Positions 1 through 9,061 of a stretch of 29,751 bases of DNA are shown here, piece after piece. The position numbers were made by a program, and so were the translations under genes. Origin of the DNA: a virus. Its lineage: Duplodnaviria; Caudoviricetes. The stretch covers positions 1 to 29,751 of the IMG/VR virus record IMGVR_UViG_3300005764_000062. One strand, written 5' to 3'. The notes beneath the pieces were generated by a model. That model was given only the letters and a program-made list of their open reading frames with translations, made no database searches and was not told the origin of the DNA. The first letter of the stretch is position 1; each line of letters begins with the position of its first letter.

Positions 1-1
1 C

Positions 2-127
2 GATCGCGCCCTAATCGAAGGGACGCGCCTGCTCTCCGCCTACCAGCTTGCGACCGGCGTCAAGATCTGGATCATCACCGAAGCCGATCGCAGCAGCACC
101 ACGTTTCTACTCCCGGAGGAATACTGA
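2..127 (+). CDS. 3' end of a small conserved plasmid/phage-associated protein (5' truncated by the window)
   Basis: Hand translation DRALIEGTRLLSAYQLATGVKIWIITEADRSSTTFLLPEEY*; I recognise the KIWIITEADRSxTTxLLPEEY ending from mobile-element proteins. Not in the ORF track. Confidence 0.8.
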   Translation, partial: DRALIEGTRLLSAYQLATGVKIWIITEADRSSTTFLLPEEY

Positions 128-128
128 C

Positions 129-365
129 ATGGACGAACCAAAAACCAGAACAATTACGCTACGCCGCCACGATGACCGCATCTACTTCATTTCGGCGTCG
201 GGCGCCAGGGTCGCCTACCTGCGCGACGGCGAGGACCACATCGTCTACGATCCGCTGGCGGACACCGAGGAAATGCTCGGCGACGTCAACTACCGCGATG
301 TGATCCGCGAGCTTGGACTCGATGATGTGCGGACGGTGCGGAGGATCGCGAGAGGCGACGCATGA
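129..365 (+). CDS. Hypothetical protein (78 aa)
   Basis: ATG at 129 after GGAGGA, immediately behind the upstream stop; its stop overlaps the next ATG. Confidence 0.7.
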   Translation: MDEPKTRTITLRRHDDRIYFISASGARVAYLRDGEDHIVYDPLADTEEMLGDVNYRDVIRELGLDDVRTVRRIARGDA

Positions 366-565
366 AACCCGCGATCGAAGCCATGTACCGCACCGGCGAC
401 CGCGACCACTGGGTGGTCGCCCTCGGCTGCGGGCACAAGCGCACCGTCAGCAACGCCGAAGCCGAGGAGGAGCAGCTCTACATCGGCAAACGCGTGGAGT
501 GCCCGACGTGCGAGCAACGCGATGAAGCGCTTGCACGTTACTTGCATGTAACGAACAAGCCATGA
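362..565 (+). CDS. Small zinc-binding protein, DUF3565-like
   Basis: HWVVALGCGH and GKRVECPTC motifs; ATGA coupling. Confidence 0.65.
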   Translation: MKPAIEAMYRTGDRDHWVVALGCGHKRTVSNAEAEEEQLYIGKRVECPTCEQRDEALARYLHVTNKP

Positions 566-590
566 TACAAAACGAGAGGAGAGAAAAACC

Positions 591-785
591 CTGACCGACA
601 CGCAACTGTACCTGACGATCGGCGTACCCATCATCGTCAACTGCCTCTTCAACGGCATGCTGTTTCTGGTCGCCTTCCAGCGCATGAACCGCATCGAGGA
701 CCGCGTCGAGCACGTGATCGGCGCCATCAACGAACTGGACAAGCGGTTGACCAAAGTCGAAATCAAGCTGGGGATTCAGCCATGA
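591..785 (+). CDS. Single-TM coiled-coil protein (64 aa), apparent CTG start
   Basis: (M)TDTQLYLTIGVPIIVNCLFNGMLFLVAFQRMNRIEDRV...KLGIQP*; AGGAG at 577-581; stop overlaps ATG 782; resembles 2587..2820. Missed by the ORF track. Confidence 0.75.
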   Translation: MTDTQLYLTIGVPIIVNCLFNGMLFLVAFQRMNRIEDRVEHVIGAINELDKRLTKVEIKLGIQP

Positions 786-1255
786 CGAAGACGAAGCCGA
801 AAGCCAAGAAAATCGTGACGCCGCCGATGCCGCTCCGGAAAAAATCCGGACCGGCGGAACCGCCGCCGCCAGCGCCCCCGGCGCACGTTCACGCCGCCGC
901 CCGCACCGCCGAGTTCTGCGCCTGCGGCGCGGTGCGCACCAACGGCGGCGACTGGATCGAGGGCAAAGATTCCGCCGCCGTGACCCTGGCCGCCAAAGCA
1001 ATGGCCATGTCCACGGAGGAGGAACGGCTGGCCAAAGCCAAATCGGGCGGAGAGACCCGCTGGAAGAACATCACCCCCAAACAGCGCAGCCAGATGATGC
1101 AGAAAATCGCCAAACGGCCCCGGCTCAAAGCCCGCGTCGAGGACCGCTGCGAATGCGGACGGTTCAGCCGGATGCTAGCGGAAAAGCGAGGCCATCTGTG
1201 CGGGAAAGCACTGGCAGACCAGCTTCGCGCCAAAGAGGCCCTGCGTGACCGCTAG
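782..1255 (+). CDS. Basic hypothetical protein with two CxCG motifs
   Basis: FCACG, RCECG...GHLC, and a GGETRWKNITPKQRSQ helix motif; coupled to neighbours. Confidence 0.7.
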   Translation: MTKTKPKAKKIVTPPMPLRKKSGPAEPPPPAPPAHVHAAARTAEFCACGAVRTNGGDWIEGKDSAAVTLAAKAMAMSTEEERLAKAKSGGETRWKNITPKQRSQMMQKIAKRPRLKARVEDRCECGRFSRMLAEKRGHLCGKALADQLRAKEALRDR

Positions 1256-2237
1256 CGCGTTCGCCGCCCCGGTCGAGCCTCCACCCCCGGAACCGGCCCC
1301 GGAATCGAACCTGGGGCAAATCCTGGCCAAGGCGGGGCATTCTACGCGTCCCCCGGATGATCCCCTCACCCTGGTCTTGAACTCCCTGGACAGCCAGGAG
1401 ACGAAACGGCACTATGGCCGCGCCTTGCTCGAATTCGCCCAATGGCGTCAGCAGGAGCGCCAGCCGTTTGACCTGGCGGGTTTGAGCGCGTGGCGCAACC
1501 ACCTCAAAGAGCGGGGCTTATCGCCGTCGACGGTGAACCAGAAACTAGCTGCGGTGCGCAAGCTGGCGCGAACCGCCGCCGCCGCCGGCCTGATCCCGGC
1601 GGCCCAAGCCGCCGCCGTGGCCGCCGCCCCGAACGTACGTCAGCTAGGCCATCGGATGGGGAACTGGCTGAGCCAGGAACAAGCTCAAGCTTTGATCGAG
1701 GCTCCGTCTCCCAGCACGTTGAAAGGAAAGCGAGACCGTTGCGCGCTGGCGCTCCTGGTCGGATGCGGGCTCCGGCGCGACGAGGCGGTGCGGCTGAACC
1801 TGGAAGACATCCAGCAGCGCGAAGGTCGCTGGGTGATCCCCGATTTAAGGGGGAAGCACGGGCGCATCCGCACCGTGCCGGTCCCCTCCTGGGTGAAGGC
1901 CGCAGTCGACCGCTGGGCCGAGGCCGCACAAATATCCACAGGCCGCATTTTGCGCGGCATGAACCGCCACGGCCAGATCACCCACGATTCGCTCACCGGC
2001 ACGGCGGTGCTCGATCTGGCCGCCCGGTATGGCCGCACCATTGACGTCGAGGTCCGGCCCCACGATCTGCGCCGCACCTGCGCCAAGCTCTGCCGCAAGC
2101 ACGGCGGCGAGCTGGAGCAGATTCAGATTCTGCTGGGTCACGCCAGCATCCAGACCACGGAGCGCTACCTCGGGACCAAGCAGGACCTGACGCACGCTCC
2201 CAACGATCGCCTGGGCCTGCGCTGGAAAACCGGATGA
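1245..2237 (+). CDS. Tyrosine recombinase (XerC/D-like, phage integrase family)
   Basis: Catalytic motifs CGLRRDE, RGKHG, HDLRR, LLGH, TTERY; N-terminal core-binding domain (GLSPSTVNQKLAAVR). Confidence 0.95.
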   Translation: MTASAFAAPVEPPPPEPAPESNLGQILAKAGHSTRPPDDPLTLVLNSLDSQETKRHYGRALLEFAQWRQQERQPFDLAGLSAWRNHLKERGLSPSTVNQKLAAVRKLARTAAAAGLIPAAQAAAVAAAPNVRQLGHRMGNWLSQEQAQALIEAPSPSTLKGKRDRCALALLVGCGLRRDEAVRLNLEDIQQREGRWVIPDLRGKHGRIRTVPVPSWVKAAVDRWAEAAQISTGRILRGMNRHGQITHDSLTGTAVLDLAARYGRTIDVEVRPHDLRRTCAKLCRKHGGELEQIQILLGHASIQTTERYLGTKQDLTHAPNDRLGLRWKTG

Positions 2238-2590
2238 AGGAGGAGAGAAAGCAAATGCAAAACATGCAAAACATGCAGAACCAGGGTGATCGGCCTGAAT
2301 GGGTCAAATTATGCGCCGAATACGCCGTCTTCGCCAACGCCGAAAAAAACTTGGCGGCTATGCTGGCGCGGGCCGAAGAGCTTGGATTCGAGCTATCCGA
2401 AGCGCATTCCAAATTAATCGACAAGTATTTCCCGCGCCGGTCCGAACTCACGGAAATCGTCCAGCGGCGGGTTCAACAGCGGAAGGACGCGAAAAGCGCA
2501 CTACTAGACGCGAAGACCGCGTTAGACGCAGGCGACGCCGATGACGCATTGCGAATCGTACGGTTGTTGGTTGACGAAGGGCCAAGATGA
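2234..2590 (+). CDS. Hypothetical helical protein
   Basis: ATGA overlaps at both ends; 9-bp triple repeat encoding MQNMQNMQN; true start may be 2255 after AGGAGG. Confidence 0.65.
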   Translation: MKEERKQMQNMQNMQNQGDRPEWVKLCAEYAVFANAEKNLAAMLARAEELGFELSEAHSKLIDKYFPRRSELTEIVQRRVQQRKDAKSALLDAKTALDAGDADDALRIVRLLVDEGPR

Positions 2591-2820
2591 CCGATTCCCA
2601 GTTGATCACCATCGCGATTGCGATTATCGTCCCCTTGTCGCTGCTGCTCTACTCGAACAGCCGCGTCTCTGACGCCAAAGAAACCCTGCGCGCCGAGATG
2701 GCGCTCGGTTTCGAGCGCATCCTGAAAGCCATCCAAAGTCTTCAAGCGGACGTGAAAGCGCTCGATACCAAGGTCGACACCAAGCTGACCATTCACGAAC
2801 TGGAGCACCACCAAAAATGA
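2587..2820 (+). CDS. Single-TM coiled-coil protein (77 aa)
   Basis: MTDSQL, hydrophobic helix, then heptad tail; same layout as 591..785. Confidence 0.75.
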   Translation: MTDSQLITIAIAIIVPLSLLLYSNSRVSDAKETLRAEMALGFERILKAIQSLQADVKALDTKVDTKLTIHELEHHQK

Positions 2821-2885
2821 CACGCGCTCGGTTGATGGAAGATATTCGGCAACCAGAAAAAACTGACAGAACAGGAGAGATGAAA

Positions 2886-3149
2886 ATGCAGAACGGAGCC
2901 CGCCCGCTATGGCTTGAAACCAACCTCGATCGGATCATCCGAATCTACCCGGACGACAGAGCATTCATCGCCGCGTACCTGATCGAGCCGCAGACCCTGC
3001 CCCCGATGCGTGAGAGTACCGACGTGGAGGTTCGGCGTCACTTTCTGGTGAACTCTCTCACCACGTATCTGCGATGCCTGGAACCGAACGTCGAGGAGCG
3101 CGCCAAGCTTGCCGAATTCGCCGTTCGCGCTGAGGGAAGCGACGGTTAA
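2886..3149 (+). CDS. Hypothetical protein
   Basis: Within ORF 2817..3149; AGGAG at 2873-2877 favours ATG 2886. Confidence 0.55.
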   Translation: MQNGARPLWLETNLDRIIRIYPDDRAFIAAYLIEPQTLPPMRESTDVEVRRHFLVNSLTTYLRCLEPNVEERAKLAEFAVRAEGSDG

Positions 3150-3364
3150 CTCACGCTATTTGCAATTACTTCCGTCCAGAATTTGAAGCACAACTTTAGA
3201 AAATATCGAAGGTATTAGTTGAGGAATCCAGCCTAAATCAATATGACCATTGACGAAAGACTCGAAACACTCACCATCAACGAGCATTATTTTGGTATTC
3301 GTAATCGGCCTTGTGTTTGGGTGGGGGATCATGACAATTGGGAACCCTGGGCGGCGCTAGCGTG

Positions 3365-3619
3365 ATGACCAGAGAGGAAAAAATACTCCAGCAGGAGGCT
3401 CGCCGCAGATTCAAGATTCAGGAAGAAGTCCGTCGGACCAAAGGAGAATCTATCGAAATACTTGAAGTCCTACGGTTTCTCTTCAAAGCCGTGCTGGCGC
3501 TTGTTGTGATATTCGGCGGCGGAATACTGGGAGGAATAACCATCCTTGTTGTTGGCTGGCCAATCGGGGCGTTTTTGGGAGCGACGGTAGTCGCTCTTTG
3601 GATGAGCAGAGACGACTAG
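3365..3619 (+). CDS. Small membrane protein in a low-GC patch
   Basis: Charged N-terminus then about 45 hydrophobic Gly-rich residues; convergent with the structural operon. Confidence 0.65.
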   Translation: MTREEKILQQEARRRFKIQEEVRRTKGESIEILEVLRFLFKAVLALVVIFGGGILGGITILVVGWPIGAFLGATVVALWMSRDD

Positions 3620-6084
3620 CGCGCTTCGGCGATCTCCTGCCCTCGCAGCAATCGCAGCCCGTTGGCGACATAGCGCTGTGTAGTGGCGGGCAGCGACTGC
3701 CGCCCCGGCGATTTGCGCTGCCGGCGGTCGAAAGCGGGTTCTCCCTCGTTGTACGCCGCCAGTACTTTCCATGTCACACCGTTATATTTCCTCATCAGGC
3801 GGCCCAGCAATTGCGCCGCACCCCGGATCGAATCGCGCGGATCGCGCGGATCGACGCCCAGCGATCGCGCGGTGGAAGGCATCAACTGCATCAGACCCAC
3901 TTCACCAGAGCCGCCTTTTGCATCGGGATTGCCGCTCGATTCGAGATGCGCCACCACCCGCAGTAGGCCGGGAGAAGCGCCGTAAAGCGGGCCGATCTGC
4001 TGAAAATCCCGGAGAAAATCCCGCGTTCGATCCCAGGATGGAAACTGCCCGGCGGCCGGCTCCGAAGGAAAACTAGGAGAACTAGTAGCAGCCTGTCGCG
4101 GCGGCACAGTGGCAGCCTGGCGCGGCATCGGACTGGGTTTCTTTTCGGGAGCGCGTGCGAGTGAAGATTCTTCCGGCAGCTCATATTTGGGATTTGCTTC
4201 ACGCGGCCCGCCTGGTTCTGGTTCCTCCGGCAGCTCGTATCTAGGATCTGCGGTGCGCTCCGCGCCGCCGCCAGCGCCCGATGCCGGCGGCGCTGTTGCA
4301 GGAGTCGTCGCCGGCGGAGTAACGGGCGGAGGAGCGCTAGTTGTGGCGCCGCCGCCTCCAACTTCCGGCTCCGGTTGCTCGTATCGCTCGCGACCAAGCG
4401 CAGGCGCAGATGCGCCGCCGCCAGTCCGTATTTGGGAACCGATGAAGGTTCCTACTCCGCCGGGCATTGCGACTCCGCTGGCCCGCAGGGCGACCATCAG
4501 GGTAGTCCATGCCCTCGGATTCTTATATGCCATTGTGAGCGCCGCCGCCGCCCCCAACGCCATGCGGCCGGGAGTGAGCATCCCAGGCTGCCCGCGTTCG
4601 CGCCTGCTCCGTTGCTGTCCCTCGCCGCCCATCCGCTGAAGTAGCTCAGCCCCTAGTTCAAGACCCGCCTCTCCGGCCATGGTCTTCAGCGTGCTTCCCA
4701 GCCACGCTGGATTTTTCCGGGACACCCGGATGATGGCTTCTTTTAGCCGCAGATCAATCTCGATGGCGTGGTTGATGTCTTTGATGGCCTCTTCGGGAAT
4801 CGCATTCTCGATAGAGCGTTTCATGCCGCTTTCGGCCAATCTGCGTCCGGTAGTTTCACCCGGCGGCGTAAGCGTCGGAGCCTTTCCCTTTTGGGTTTGC
4901 GCTAGTCCGGCGCGGAAGTCTTCTTTGAGCGTCTGCGTTTTGGCTACGGTGGTCGTTGTCTGCGCGGGGACTCCAGGCTTACCGAAAGCGCCGGGGATTG
5001 TCCGGTCCCGAAGTAGCGGCTTGCCGTACTGATCGAGTAGCGGCTTGCCGTTGATGTCGAGAATTGGCTCCTGCACGATACGGGCGGGGGTCGCCGGAAC
5101 AGCCGGCACAGCGGGTTTGTAGCCTAGTTCTGTGGCCCACTGCTCACGCAGCCTGGCTAGATGTTCGGCGGCCTGGGGATCGGAACGGCGCAGTCGCGCA
5201 ATGTAGCGGTCTACCGGCTGCAGCACCTGATCAATGGGGATCGTGCGCTGGCTATAGACCGGGTGAGTTTGCGTGAGGCGATTGATGGCGCCTTTGTTCC
5301 GCGCGATCTCGGGCTCTAAATGCGGGAAGCCTTTCAACTCTTCGGCCCTGGTGATCGGGACGCGCGCCCCAGGCTTTACAGCGCGCTCGGAAACCTCGAT
5401 GCGCGTCCGCGTCGGCGTGCTCGGAGGAAAGGACAACTGGCGTTCGGCGGCCTTCGCGGCGCGGGCGGCCCCGTAATGCTCAATGAGGCCTCCGCCAGCG
5501 CCCAATAGCGCTCCTATTTCCGCTCCGGATTTCCAATCGTCGCCCGCCTGCAAACCACCGATCACACCGCCTTGCATCGCGCCCCTCGCCGTACGCAGCG
5601 CGGCCTTAGCTAGTCCTGCGCCTTCAATTGCGCGTCCGGCGGGGACCAGCCACTCCGCCGCCTGTTCCGCGCCGAAGCCGATTCGGCCCGCCGCGGTCGG
5701 CGGTATCGCCTGTTGGGCTTTCGGTTGCTCGGGTGCGGGTTGCCAATTACCAGTTTTCGGATCACGCCGCCATGTCCGGGTTGGATCGCCTCCTCGAAAA
5801 ATCCCTCGTTGCAAGCCTGCTACTGCACCCTGGCCCGCTTCTTTAAGGAAGCTCAGCGCCTGTTGCTGCCAGCCGGGTTCAGCCTGCCGCTGTTGTTGCG
5901 TATGTTGCGTGCGCTCGGCCTGTTTGAACATCTCATCCATGGTGGGCTGGGGCGATGAGGGCGCACCACGTCCACCGCCGCTCGGTGGAGGGGTTGGAGC
6001 AGGAGTTGGAGCAGGAGTCGCGCCGCTTTTTTTAGCCTCCGCGCGGCGGAACATTTCATCGAGGGTAAGTTGCTGGTCGGCCAC
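3616..6084 (-). CDS. Virion ejection protein with C-terminal lytic transglycosylase (SLT) domain
   Basis: SLT motifs LESSGNP, GLMQLMPSTA, AAYNEG, TQRYV; last gene of the structural operon. Confidence 0.85.
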   Translation of the reverse strand: MADQQLTLDEMFRRAEAKKSGATPAPTPAPTPPPSGGGRGAPSSPQPTMDEMFKQAERTQHTQQQRQAEPGWQQQALSFLKEAGQGAVAGLQRGIFRGGDPTRTWRRDPKTGNWQPAPEQPKAQQAIPPTAAGRIGFGAEQAAEWLVPAGRAIEGAGLAKAALRTARGAMQGGVIGGLQAGDDWKSGAEIGALLGAGGGLIEHYGAARAAKAAERQLSFPPSTPTRTRIEVSERAVKPGARVPITRAEELKGFPHLEPEIARNKGAINRLTQTHPVYSQRTIPIDQVLQPVDRYIARLRRSDPQAAEHLARLREQWATELGYKPAVPAVPATPARIVQEPILDINGKPLLDQYGKPLLRDRTIPGAFGKPGVPAQTTTTVAKTQTLKEDFRAGLAQTQKGKAPTLTPPGETTGRRLAESGMKRSIENAIPEEAIKDINHAIEIDLRLKEAIIRVSRKNPAWLGSTLKTMAGEAGLELGAELLQRMGGEGQQRSRRERGQPGMLTPGRMALGAAAALTMAYKNPRAWTTLMVALRASGVAMPGGVGTFIGSQIRTGGGASAPALGRERYEQPEPEVGGGGATTSAPPPVTPPATTPATAPPASGAGGGAERTADPRYELPEEPEPGGPREANPKYELPEESSLARAPEKKPSPMPRQAATVPPRQAATSSPSFPSEPAAGQFPSWDRTRDFLRDFQQIGPLYGASPGLLRVVAHLESSGNPDAKGGSGEVGLMQLMPSTARSLGVDPRDPRDSIRGAAQLLGRLMRKYNGVTWKVLAAYNEGEPAFDRRQRKSPGRQSLPATTQRYVANGLRLLRGQEIAEAR

Positions 6085-7995
6085 CTAAAAATTCACATTC
6101 CAGCCGTCTTTGCGCATCTGTTCCTTGGCTGCTTCTCTACTGCCGTAGGTCTCCATGTACAGATTCACGGTTTCCTGCGTCGGCCTGGACTTCCCCGGCT
6201 TCGAAGGCCGCGGCATACCTTCCGGGGTCAGGCCCTGTTTGCGTCCCAGCTCCTCGGCGCGCTTCCGTTCCTCGTCGCCATAAACGCTCATCTCATCGAT
6301 CAGGCTGTCTCGCTTGCGGTTCAGGAAGCCCCACACGACTCTTTGGACGCCGTCGCGAAATTGCGCCGGACTCAGATTGGGATCGGTCATGTCGAAACCC
6401 ATCTGGCGCGTCATGTCGGTGGCGCCGCCCATGCCCAGCGCTCCGCTTAGTTCATCGGCGAACGCTGTTCGGGCTAGATTAAAATTGCTGTAGTTTCGGT
6501 TGCCTACCATATAACCGCCGGGGTTGATGAATTGATTGAGCACCGGAGCTCCGGCGCGTTCGGCGGCGTCCGACAGGCGCAAGAGATCGCCTACGCCTGC
6601 TTCCACGTTATCGATCGCGGCTAGTTGCTGGCGTGTCTGCGGACGAGCGAAGAAACGGTATCCAGCCGTGAACTGCGCTTCACTGAAATTGGGATTCAGC
6701 TCGGTCGCCTTGTTGTAGATCGCCAGTCTGGTTTGCTCATCCCGGCTGTAAGCGTATAGGGCGCGGAATCCCTGGAAGGTTAGTTTCCCGTAGGCCAGGT
6801 CCTGCGCGACTTTAAACTCAGGCGTGCCGGGGACGATCTTCTGTCCCGACGCCAGTTGTCGTTGCTGTATCTGCGAACGGCTGACGGCCTGGTCGGCCTG
6901 TGCGTCCATGTACGCCAACTCTTTTTTCGCGCCCTCGACGACGTTTGGCGGATATTTCCCGCCTTTGTTGGCGATGATTTCTTCGATTCTCTGGCGCTCT
7001 AGTAACCGGCCGGTTAGTTTCGGCTCGACGGGAACACCAACGTTGCGGATACTCTTAGGATCGATGGGCCGACCATCGAGCGTTTCAAACGTTTGCCTCC
7101 TCGTGTCCTCCCATGCCGGAACCACTTCGCCCGTGTCTAGCTCAACGGTAGTTTGTTTCTGAGCGGTCGCCGCGTTAGTGCCTAACGGCTCGCCCATGAT
7201 CCAGCGCCGCCGAGCTTCGTTGGCCTGCTCCGGAGTTATCCAGCCGCGCTGGAGGAACTGATCGATCCGCTGCAGGTGCTGTTGCTCTTCCGCCGCGCGC
7301 GCCGCCGCCTGGGCGCTTGCTTGAATCATCGCCTGGCGCTCGGGCGTTTCCTGCCCGTGCATGCCGTAAGCGAAGCCGGTGAGGATATTGCCCAGACGCT
7401 GCCGGAAACTAGGATGCGTCGCCGGAGTAGGCGCGGCCGCGGGAGTAGGAGCAGGAGCAGGAGTCGCTGCCCTCGCCGCTGGCGGAGGAGCTGCGCTCGG
7501 CGGTGTCCCGGCTATGAGGCCTCCCCGCCCGCTAGCGTCGAAAATAGAGGGCGAACTAGGCGGAGGACTAGCTGGCGGAGCGGCCGGAGCAGCCTGCTCC
7601 TGTTCCGGTTCCACCGCATAACGCCGGAATTGCGAACCGAGGCTGCCGCCCTGCCCCTGAGCCTCCCCCTGTCCCTGAGCGGCGGCGCGCTGCTGCAAGG
7701 CCTGGACGAGGGCGCGCTTCTGCAGGGCCTGGTGAATCAACGAGGGGGCCGCCAGCCGGGTCAGGTACTGCCCGAGCTGCGGCAGGTTGTCGGACGCTTC
7801 CTTGCCGCCATGCTCCTCCGCCAGATTGAGCAGGTGCTGATGCGCCGCCTGCTTGAGCTGCGGGGGAGCGCCGGGGGCCTGCAGCACATAGCTGTACATC
7901 TGCAACTGTTGGCCGATCTGCTGCGCCTCCTCCTGGGCTTTCTGCTGCTTGCTGCCTAGCTGAGCGCCGATCAGGTTGGAGATAAGGTCGCCCAT
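6085..7995 (-). CDS. Putative DNA ejection/internal virion protein
   Basis: Ala/Gln/Pro-rich helical ORF between Gly-rich and SLT genes; start moved to MGDLISN (7995) to avoid overlap. Confidence 0.7.
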   Translation of the reverse strand: MGDLISNLIGAQLGSKQQKAQEEAQQIGQQLQMYSYVLQAPGAPPQLKQAAHQHLLNLAEEHGGKEASDNLPQLGQYLTRLAAPSLIHQALQKRALVQALQQRAAAQGQGEAQGQGGSLGSQFRRYAVEPEQEQAAPAAPPASPPPSSPSIFDASGRGGLIAGTPPSAAPPPAARAATPAPAPTPAAAPTPATHPSFRQRLGNILTGFAYGMHGQETPERQAMIQASAQAAARAAEEQQHLQRIDQFLQRGWITPEQANEARRRWIMGEPLGTNAATAQKQTTVELDTGEVVPAWEDTRRQTFETLDGRPIDPKSIRNVGVPVEPKLTGRLLERQRIEEIIANKGGKYPPNVVEGAKKELAYMDAQADQAVSRSQIQQRQLASGQKIVPGTPEFKVAQDLAYGKLTFQGFRALYAYSRDEQTRLAIYNKATELNPNFSEAQFTAGYRFFARPQTRQQLAAIDNVEAGVGDLLRLSDAAERAGAPVLNQFINPGGYMVGNRNYSNFNLARTAFADELSGALGMGGATDMTRQMGFDMTDPNLSPAQFRDGVQRVVWGFLNRKRDSLIDEMSVYGDEERKRAEELGRKQGLTPEGMPRPSKPGKSRPTQETVNLYMETYGSREAAKEQMRKDGWNVNF

Positions 7996-7999
7996 TAGA

Positions 8000-8884
8000 T
8001 CACCCCATACCTTTAGCAATGCCAGTGAATATGCCGCCAGCGCCGCCGGCGCCGAGAGCCCCGCCAATACCGCCCGCCAGCGTTCCGGCGATGCCGAGCG
8101 CCTGGCTGATCTGCTGCAGCACGGTCGGATCGAGCTGGTTGATGTGCTGCTTTTCGAGCAGATCCTGGGCTAGGTTTTGAATCCCGCTCAATCCCTGGCC
8201 GGTTAGCTGGGTGCCGAGTCCGCCGATCTGCGTGCCTAGTCCGCCGATCGTCGTTCCCACACCAGCGATGCCTTGGCCGATCTGCGCCTGTTCGCCGCCC
8301 AGGGCCGCCAGCGCCTGCGCCGCCGCCGGTTGCAGTCCTAGCGCCGCGTTGCCCACCTGCGCCGCCTGCGCCTGCGGCAGACCCGCCAAAGTAGCGGCGC
8401 GGTAGCCGCCTGCGGGCATGCCCTGATTCGCCTGGTTGAGCGCGCCCGAATAGATCTGGGCGATATTGGCCGCCGTGGGCGCGAGCGCCGCGGACGTGGT
8501 GCTGGGATCGCCGGCCAGGATCTTGTTATAGAAATCGATGGAAGGCTGCAAGGTCTCAAGACCGGTGCCCATCACACCTACGCCGCCGCCCGCCACGCCC
8601 AGGCCGCCCTGCGTGACTCCCAGGCCCGTCCCCAACAGGTTCTGGCCCATCGTAAAAGCCGTCGGCGCGGCCTGGCCCAATAGATTCATGGAGGCGCGCT
8701 GTCCCGCGGTCACACTGTTGTCCGCGCCCGAGATCGGCTGTGGCGAGGTTCCGAAGGGGTCGGTCGCACCGCTGCCGGAGATGCGGTTGCCGCTGCCGCC
8801 GAACATGCTGTAGATCTGCCCGAAGGCGTTATTGATCGAGTCGAAATTCGATCCGGCTGGATTGAAGATGGTGGTGGCCGGCAT
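8000..8884 (-). CDS. Gly/Ala/Gln-rich pilot/ejection protein
   Basis: GGLGTQI repeats and Gly-rich hydrophobic C-terminus, as in small podovirus ejection proteins. Confidence 0.7.
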   Translation of the reverse strand: MPATTIFNPAGSNFDSINNAFGQIYSMFGGSGNRISGSGATDPFGTSPQPISGADNSVTAGQRASMNLLGQAAPTAFTMGQNLLGTGLGVTQGGLGVAGGGVGVMGTGLETLQPSIDFYNKILAGDPSTTSAALAPTAANIAQIYSGALNQANQGMPAGGYRAATLAGLPQAQAAQVGNAALGLQPAAAQALAALGGEQAQIGQGIAGVGTTIGGLGTQIGGLGTQLTGQGLSGIQNLAQDLLEKQHINQLDPTVLQQISQALGIAGTLAGGIGGALGAGGAGGIFTGIAKGMG

Positions 8885-8887
8885 ATC

Positions 8888-9061
8888 TCAACCCCGCTTG
8901 GTGCGACGCAGTCCCCGCTTACCGGGGAACCGGTCGGCTCCGCGCGGCCTGCCGGTAGGCGAGCGGATGAATTGTTTGGGACCGCCCGCCTGAGCGGCGC
9001 GGGCGTGGTCGGCTACTGCCGCCGCTAGATCGAACCGGTCGCGGAGATCGCCTCTCTTCAC
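8888..9061 (-). CDS. Small basic protein (57 aa)
   Basis: MKRGDLRDRFDLAAAVADH...KRGLRRTKRG*; GTGA overlap with the upstream stop; fills the gap exactly. Confidence 0.6.
   Translation of the reverse strand: MKRGDLRDRFDLAAAVADHARAAQAGGPKQFIRSPTGRPRGADRFPGKRGLRRTKRG

Noticed and set aside
2255-2281. ATGCAAAAC triple repeat as a regulatory or att site
   Set aside because: In-frame 9-bp slippage at a gene start with no second copy noticed
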